Assembly (NCBI GenBank): GCA_977018835.1
Contig: OZ361256.1
Coordinates: forward strand, 6,262,001 to 6,326,000
DNA length: 64,000 bases
Source: Minutocellus sp. GHC0000111
Taxonomy: Eukaryota
Direction of reading: 5' to 3'
A program made the position numbers and the translations under genes. A model generated the notes under the pieces. That model was not told where the DNA came from and ran no database searches. It saw nothing but the letters and a program-made list of their open reading frames with translations. This document shows, piece after piece, positions 56,686 through 64,000 of this stretch; positions within the stretch are counted from its first letter, which is position 1; each line of letters opens with the position of its first letter.

Positions 56686-58140
56686 TTAGTCCCAAAATGC
56701 GCACTGTCCCAGTTCGCGAACTGGGATCCCAGTTTGCGAACTGAGATTCATTTATCCCAGTTTGCGCACTGGGCCCCAGTTCCCAAACTAGGATCCCAGT
56801 TTGCGCACTGATACTACCAGAATGTAAACTGAGATAAATAAGCTAATCCGAATATGGGAACCAGACGAGTTCGCGAACTGGAACAATAATACATACCAGT
56901 TTGGAAACTGGTGTTCTCGGCAAGTGCCAGAATGGTAACTGCCGCGCCGGTGTTGGCTCTGGTGGCTTTAATTTCGATTTATCGACCTGGTAAACGATCT
57001 CGCTATCGATTTCGTTAAACATTGCACCGGGTGTCTTTATCTAAATGATTATCTTTTACCCCTGCTAATCGACCTCAGTAAACGATCTCTGCTGTGCAGT
57101 TTGTCATCACACGGCCTTACTAAACGACTTGCATTAACGATCTTAGTAAACATCCAGTGGTGAACGATTTGTGGCAATCGATCTCGCTAAACAACCTCTG
57201 CTAATCGACTTTGAAGGGCCTGTAGTCTGTTAATCGACTTCAGTGAAAGACCTTCGGAAACAACCTGTGGCAGTCGAACTTGGTAAACGTCCTGACTGAT
57301 TTAATCGAGTTTGTTTAATCGTTACACCGGGTGTCTTTGACTGCGTTTGCTCGACCTGTTCTGGGGACCTCCACAAAGTCGTTGTTGGCCGCTGCCGGTG
57401 CCTGCGTGTGAGGTTTCCGGCGTCTGCTCCCTGCTGTTGCGCAAGCAGTGATTGCCGCAAGAGAACACTAGGGCATGCACGAGAATGGTTTGAGGCCCCT
57501 CAAAGCTCACTCATTGCCAGCATGAAACCAGCACTAGAGAAACGTGGGAATGGAGCTTGCTAACGGAGCGGATGCAAAGACACAGATCTGTGACGCACCA
57601 AGCGTCAGACTCTAAGCAAACCAACGTCTTTCCTCCTAGGTTCCCAAATTGGCGAACCGAACACCAAAGCTTCAGCCTGCGTCGCGCGGAGAACCCTTGC
57701 GATGTGGCGTGCTTTTCACCGCTTTTCTTTTCATTCTTTCTTCAAAACAAAACATGCAACTAAAGCAAGAACAACTGCTGCACAACTGTGTCAACCTTTT
57801 GTGGCCACATGAGCTAGACATGCTACCGAGAAAACATCACTGTGTCAATCGATCTGGGCAAACAATAAAACCGGGTGTCTTTCAATTCGTTTACGCGAGG
57901 TCGATTACCGGGGGTCGATTAAACGTAAATCGGATCTTGGTAAACGACCTGTGTTAATTGAGTTTGACACCGGGTGTCTTTCAATTCGTTAAGTCGACCT
58001 GGTAAACGACCTCGGGTAATCGCTATCAAGATTTCGTTAAACATTTAACCGGGTGTCTTTTCGATTAAATGGTTATTTTTTACCCCAGCTAATCGATCGG
58101 CCCTTGGCTAATCGACCTCAGTAAACGATCTCTGCTACGT
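56686..58140. mobile_element. Repeat-rich, transposon-end-like region
   Basis: About 9 palindromic 16-18-bp units (CCCAGTTYGCGAACTGGG-like) at 56707-56941, then TAAACGAC/TAATCGAC microrepeats, five copies of ACCGGGTGTCTTT, and a direct repeat 56982-57093 / 57994-58136. No opposite TIR found. Confidence 0.6.
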
Positions 58141-58271
58141 AGTTCGTAGCCGTTAATCGCATAGAAAATGAGGTTGCACTGCTTGCTACCTTACACTTAG
58201 ATCTAGCTAGATCTATTTCCATTAGTCTACACATCTACCGGTACCCCAATCTGTTGCATGCAACGGTGCAA

Positions 58272-61200
58272 TTAGAAATATGAGGACTTGGTGCCGCCGC
58301 CGCCACTGCTCTTCTTTCCAGTCTTTTTTGTGCCTGATGGAGCAGCAGCAGCTGCGGCTCCTCCTGCATTGCCGGTAGGTAGATCAATCGCCGCAAAATC
58401 AATACCAGCATCAAAGTCTTCATTTTCCTTGCCAATTCCTTTGGATGCCATTCCAGAACTACTAGTACTTGTGGCAACGGTACCTGCAGCGGCTGCAGCA
58501 GTACCGCCAGCAACAACCTTGGGCCGCTTTGCGGCTCGGCGTTCCAAATACTTTTCAAGATTGTTCTGCTGCACAAATGAGCTGATATTCCTCACAAGGC
58601 GCTCGCCATAATCATTCACAACATTCTCTCCCAAAATACCAAGGTCCGATAACTCTTCCATAGAGGTAGGAACCTGGGCAGCAAGCTGCGTCATGGCAGA
58701 ATTGCTCATGATATTCCAATCTGGTTTTGGGTTGAAAGGCAAAAATACGAAAGAACAGAATAATATTGTTGTGAGAGATTTTTGTTGGAATAGATCTAGT
58801 ACAGCCAGCTCTGGTAATCGCATAACACAATGAATACATACATCATGTACCACCCGATCCATCCATTTCCCCGTCTCTACTTACAGTACACATTGTTTCC
58901 GCTCATACGTTCCTCGTCGGCCCACATACTGAGCAACTTCTTGATCCTCTCCATGAGCATCTCCGTCTGCTGCTTTGGCAGGACAGTCTTTTCGGGAGAT
59001 TTGGACTTGGCACCAACCTTCCGATCAAAGACGGGATCTTCGAATTCATCATCTCCCTCATCATCTTCGATATCGTCTTCATCCGAAATGACAAAGTCGC
59101 TCGTACTGGCTGCTGTAGTCTTGGATACCTTTGTAGCCTTCTTCTTCTTGCCCTTTCCGGCCGCGGCAGCCTTCTTCTTCCCGGATTTCTTCGTGGAAGC
59201 GGACTTGGTGGTACTCTTCTTGGCGGCCTTCTTTTTCCCGGCAGTCGCATCCTTGGGCTTGGGAGGATCCTTAGGAAACTCTACTTCGAATTTGACTTGT
59301 CTACGAACCAACAGAGGCGCCTTCTCTCCCTCTTGGACATAGTCCGAGTTGAAGCCCGAACCATTCTCCTCACTGATCTCGACCAAGACATTCTGAAATA
59401 CCAACGAATGCATAATACGCTCAATATCGGCTGCCGAGTACTTGGATGCGGCACCATAGCCCCTCAGGCGGCTAGTATCGAGAAATTTGGTAAACGTCTG
59501 GGCCTTGGAACCTTTGAGGAGCATCGTTAGAGCAACCAAAGTAACACCACCGCGATTCTTCTGCGACTGGATGTCACTCAAAAGCTGAAGGATGGTCCTT
59601 CCAAGATCGGACATGTCCCTCTTTTCGGCAAGCTTACCATTTCGGCAGTTGTCGCAGGTCTTATTGCAGTGAGCCCGATCAAAAGTCTCTCCAAAGAACT
59701 CGAGCTGCATAGTACGTCGACAGAGGAATTCATTCTCGCAATACCGTAGACAGGAGTATAACTGATCAATCTTCTTTCGAGTTGCGGCACCGAACGGATC
59801 CGTCGAAGACTTTCGAATCATCATCTCCAGAACCTTCTTGTCCTTGTAGGCGTAGAACAGAATGCAGTCAGCTTTATCGCCATCTCTCCCCGCTCGTCCT
59901 GATTCTTGATAGTAGTGGGTGATCGACTTGGGCATACTGTAATGCATCACGTAGCGGACGTCGGGTTTATCGATACCTGGATAATTCATGGAGAAAATAA
60001 ATAGGGTACATGTAGAAAGCGCGCAAGAGCACATGTGAGGGAGATAGTAATAAAGCATAAGGATAGAGATGTGGTTTGGCTTGCATTCAATCACCCAAAA
60101 GTCCATAATATAAACATAAAGAAGTTATACTCACCCATACCGAATGCGATGGTCGCACAAAGAACACTGATCTTGCCGGTGGACCAGGCATGATGGCGCT
60201 GCTTCCTATCAAAGGGATCCAGCTCGGCATGGTAGAATGACACGCCCACATTGCCGCAATTCTTTTCACGCAGCTTGGCCTGGAGCTTATCACATACAGT
60301 CTCACAGTCCTTCCGGGAGAGGCAGTAAATCACACCCGATTCATGACGCCTGCTGGCAACGTACTCTGCCATCACGTCAATCGTCTTGCCATCCTTCTTC
60401 CGAACCTCGTAGGCTAGGTTGGGGCGGTTGAAGGAGCTGCGGTACAAAAATGCATCCTTCATACCGAGAACTCGGATGGCATCTTCCACCACCTTTTGAT
60501 TGGCAGTTGCAGTAAGGGCCATCAGCGGGACGCCAGGATAGTCCCTCCGTAGACACGATAAACTCATGTAATCCTGTAAATGTACGGTGGGAAACGTTAA
60601 TGCATGAGAATAAGGATGGAGACGAAAAGCAAGGTTGGATACTGTACACATTTATTCAATACTGATGGAGGGAAAGATTGCACTCGAAGTGAGCTAATCA
60701 TATAAAAACGAAAGAGCTTACCGTTCGAAAGTCATGGCCCCAGTCCGAAAGGCAGTGGGCTGGTAGTAAGAGAGTAAGAGGAGTAATTTGTAGATAGGAG
60801 GAAATTAAAAAGGGAATGTTAGTGGTGAAAGAAGATGGATACATTCCACCCACATAACCTTCCTATCCTACCACAGCAATCACAGTTGTACTTACCCTCA
60901 TCAACAACGAACCGACTTATCAGCTTCTTCTTGCAAAGATTGGAGAGAATTCCCTTCATCATTCCAGATCGATTCAACATCTCAGGTGTGATGTACAGCA
61001 GCTTCACACCTCCGTGAGGGGTTACATTGCGAATCCTTGCAACTACCTGCGAACGTTGCGTCTCCCAATCCTGGGCAGAGCTGAGAAATACTGATTCCAC
61101 ACCGAGCTTTGTCATGGATTGGACCTGATCCTGAATCAGCGAAAGGAGCGGAGAAACCACCACCGATAGTCCTGGAGCACACCATGCAGGGAGCTGATAA

Positions 61201-63152
61201 CAGAGCGACTTTCCTCCTCCCGTTGGCATGAGAACAAACACGTCCCGTCCCTGCAAGGCATTACGAATTATTCCCTCTTGGCCAACTCGGAAGGAGTGAT
61301 GACCAAATTTACGCCTCGATTCGGTGTGCATGTCTTTGATTTCCGCCCCCTGAACGGCCGCGGCGGGGTTGAGACTGCCCTCCATGCCATCGGCCCACTC
61401 GAAGAAGTCACATTGCTCTCCCTCAGGAAGGGAGCATTTGTAGAATTGGCGTCCACTATTTTGCGCAGTGGAGGCCGTGAGTAGCCGACAAGGGACGCCG
61501 TGGCCCGAGCACAAAGGAGCAGATCCATCACCGCCAGCAGAGGACATGTGATTTGTACCTCCTCCTCCCCCTCCCCATGATGATGGCCCACCACCGTAGG
61601 AATCACCGCTAGCAGAATTGCCCCATCCGCTTGATGACCCTCCGAAATCGCCATATCCGTCGTTCCCATATCCACCACCATTTTGCTGGTAGCCACCATT
61701 ACTAGAACTTCCACCGCCATATAGACTCACATGACCAGCAGCCCCAAAGTCATCACCAAAACCTCCCCCACCTCCTCCATAAGACGAGTTGTTGTTACTG
61801 CCGCCGCCATAGTTATTGCTGACATTTCCATAGCTGGAAGCTGCGCCTTCGTACGACGCCGAGGCATAGGGATTGGCACTGCTACCATTGTAGCCGCCAC
61901 TACCAGCCGAATATCCCTGCGATTGGTAACCGCCACCACCACCACCTTGATTGGGATAGCGCTGCTGCTGCTGCGATGGTGCTGGCTGGTGATGCATCTG
62001 CTTCTTGGCTTGATGCTGACTGACGATGGCATCGACGTCGAGGGAGGCGAACACATCGTCATCAAAGGCGTCGTTGCCACCTCCCATTCCACTCCCATGG
62101 TTGCCCCCATCGTTCGCAGACTCGGTGTGCCAATTCAGAGTCGACGGGGCGAATGTAGGAGGTGGAGCGGACGAAAAAGTTGCCGAGGAGGTCTTTCCAC
62201 TGGTGGCCAGAGCACTGCCACCACCTGCGCCCCCTGCACCAGCACTGCCAGCACTGCCACCGATACTGCCGTAATCGAACTGGATCGGGCCGGTGTCATA
62301 CTCGTCGTCATCTCCAATCTCAATGACGCCGTCGTCATTACCAGTATTGCTCTTGGCACCGCCGTTAGCGCTGCTGCTGCTGCTGCCCATCAGCAAGGCC
62401 CTGCATCGATCCCGGTCCTTCTTGTGTCGAACATTTCCCTCGGTCCCACTGCCACCGAGGTTATTGTTGTTGCCACTGCTGCTGTAGGGATTCCTCGGAC
62501 TCGTCACGGTTGCACCAGCAGTGCTGGAAGAGCTGGAAGTTGCGATCGGAGCTGCTGCTGCACTGGCCGGCTGGCCGCCACCACCAACTCCCGCCGCAGC
62601 AGGAGCCGTCGAAGCTGCCACATCTGGCGCCGCCGCCGCATTGTGCTGTTGCTGGGGTTGGGGCTGTTGCTGGGGCTGAGGCTGTCCAGTAGTAGCAGGA
62701 GGCGCCTGCGGTGGCGTCGGCGGCGGGCGGTCCGGCAGCTTCTCCCCTCTTTGGTACGCACCCGCCGACCGCTCCACCTCCTGCCGGACCTGCGCCAGGC
62801 TGGTAACGATGGAGCCACTCCGAGACGATCGGCCGCGATTGTTCGGTCTGCCAGCGCCACTCCCACCGTCGGCGGCGGTGTGGAAGGTGTACCGTCTCGA
62901 AACGGAACCACTGGTCGACGATTGCTGGCCCGCCGCCGCTGCCGCTGCTCCTGCAGTTCCTTCGGCATTGCTGCTGCTGTTGCTGCCGCGTTCGGCCCAC
63001 AGCTTCTCGGCCAGAGAGGACAAACCGTCGGACTGGATGGCGTACTCGAACCCGGCATACCGCTCGGCGATGGCGGCGGTATTGGTGGCGGTGCTGCTGC
63101 CGTTGGTGCCGCCGGCCTGCCGCTGGACGGTCGAGAGGTTGGTCTGCGTCAT
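58272..63152 (-). CDS. RecQ/BLM-like DNA helicase with GRF zinc finger, RQC and HRDC domains (introns 60760-60895, 60574-60721, 59977-60134, 58721-58884)
   Basis: MPTGGGKSLCYQLP, DEAHCLSDWGHDFR after splicing, ALTATA, ATIAFGMGIDKPDVR, YYQESGRAGRDG, CRR...CDNC. GRF finger CSGHGVPC...GRQFYKC...CDFFEW. All introns are GT-AG and keep the frame. Confidence 0.93.
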
Positions 63153-63587
63153 TTCTCTCAATCAAGCAAAAATAATTCCCTCACTTCAAAACCTTTTTCT
63201 ATTTTGTTCGTGCAGCGGCGTTAGGCAAGAATAAAAGACCAGGCGCCGCAGCTACCAGACACCAGCTGCGATGATAACGCCTCTGCGCTCCTTGACTGCA
63301 CTGGAGAGCGCAGCAGCGAGCCGGCGGTGCGGGGGACCGATCGATACGATGGCCCTGTCCAAGACGCAAGGTCAGGTTTGAGTTTGAACGCGGTCCGAGT
63401 CGGTCCGGGGGCAAGATCGCGCCTGCCGGCTAATAAATGACGCAGAAACAACGACACAGAAACTCTTGAAACATAAACCGAGAGGCTGGGATGCATGCTG
63501 AACAGCCACAGCCAAATGGCCTACATACAGGCAATCTCAGCAGATCTAAATCTACTGGTAAAGGAATTCCTACGACGTACTTTATGC

Positions 63588-64000
63588 TCACATAACAACA
63601 CAACAGACAACGCCAGGAGGACATCCCAGTGCACCAGCAAGTCCCCCAGCGCTTCCTCCGACAGCACCTGCAGCCGGGGTGTTATGGCCACCACCACCAC
63701 CGCCACCCTCTTGAGCATCTCCGCCGTCATCGGGCGCATACCCTAGTTTCACCACTTCCACCAGCTTGGTTAGGGTCGTGTCTTCACGGAACAGATACTC
63801 GTCCGAAAGCTTCGTGGCATACTCCTGCTCCAGCATGCCCTTGAACTGAGATATTGATAGACTATCCAGCATTGTGATGAGCGCTGCCGACTTGTCCACC
63901 ATATCCGGTGACATGGAACCCAGACGATATACATCCTCCAGCAGCTTCTTAAGGATCGCCTGCTTGTCCATGTTGCGTATCGTCTCTGGATCAACGGACT
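63588..64000 (-). CDS. 3' end of a gene: acyl-carrier-protein-like domain followed by a Cys-rich CaaX-like tail (5'-partial)
   Basis: LITMLDSLSISQFKGMLEQEY...LFREDTTLTKL resembles the phosphopantetheine-site DSL helix; the protein ends CPPGVVCCVVM*. The frame is open to the window edge. Confidence 0.6.
   Translation of the reverse strand, partial: SVDPETIRNMDKQAILKKLLEDVYRLGSMSPDMVDKSAALITMLDSLSISQFKGMLEQEYATKLSDEYLFREDTTLTKLVEVVKLGYAPDDGGDAQEGGGGGGGHNTPAAGAVGGSAGGLAGALGCPPGVVCCVVM

Noticed and set aside
56707..56941. Short palindromic repeats resembling a CRISPR array
   Set aside because: The units are degenerate, spacers are irregular and mostly under 25 bp, there are no cas genes, and the context is eukaryotic. 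They fit transposon subterminal repeats better.

Overview
Eukaryotic nuclear DNA, very probably from a diatom: short GT-AG introns, a bipartite plastid-targeting 'ASAFAP' motif, CoDi-type copia LTRs, and diatom-style LRR and K/S-rich secreted proteins. About 28 genes or gene remnants are visible. Recognisable genes are Ran, a RecQ/BLM-like helicase with a GRF zinc finger, a small HSP20, a Rab-like GTPase lacking its P-loop, a two-pore K+-channel-like protein, a GNAT, an F-box-like protein, an ARM-repeat protein, DUF1826- and DUF4336-like proteins, and several secreted or surface proteins (LRR, Pmp-like beta-helix, ricin-B/FG-GAP, Cys-rich). Highlights: (1) a CCR4/Angel-type EEP nuclease with a Mut7-C (PIN-like plus zinc ribbon) domain inserted inside it; (2) a 670-bp miniature Ty1/copia element with intact LTRs, a 5-bp TSD and an 11-nt primer site complementary to its own LTR (self-priming signature), 134 bp upstream of HSP20; (3) a 1.47-kb non-autonomous GAG...CTC TIR element with a 4-bp TSD; (4) a degenerate ~183-bp-period tandem array built around a palindrome; (5) three inverted paralog pairs, including two frameshifted Pmp-like copies about 30 kb apart, one of them cut off at a (TA)n/transposon-like end. 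Several frameshifts fall in short homopolymers and may be assembly errors. All family assignments come from motif recognition by eye; no database searches were run.
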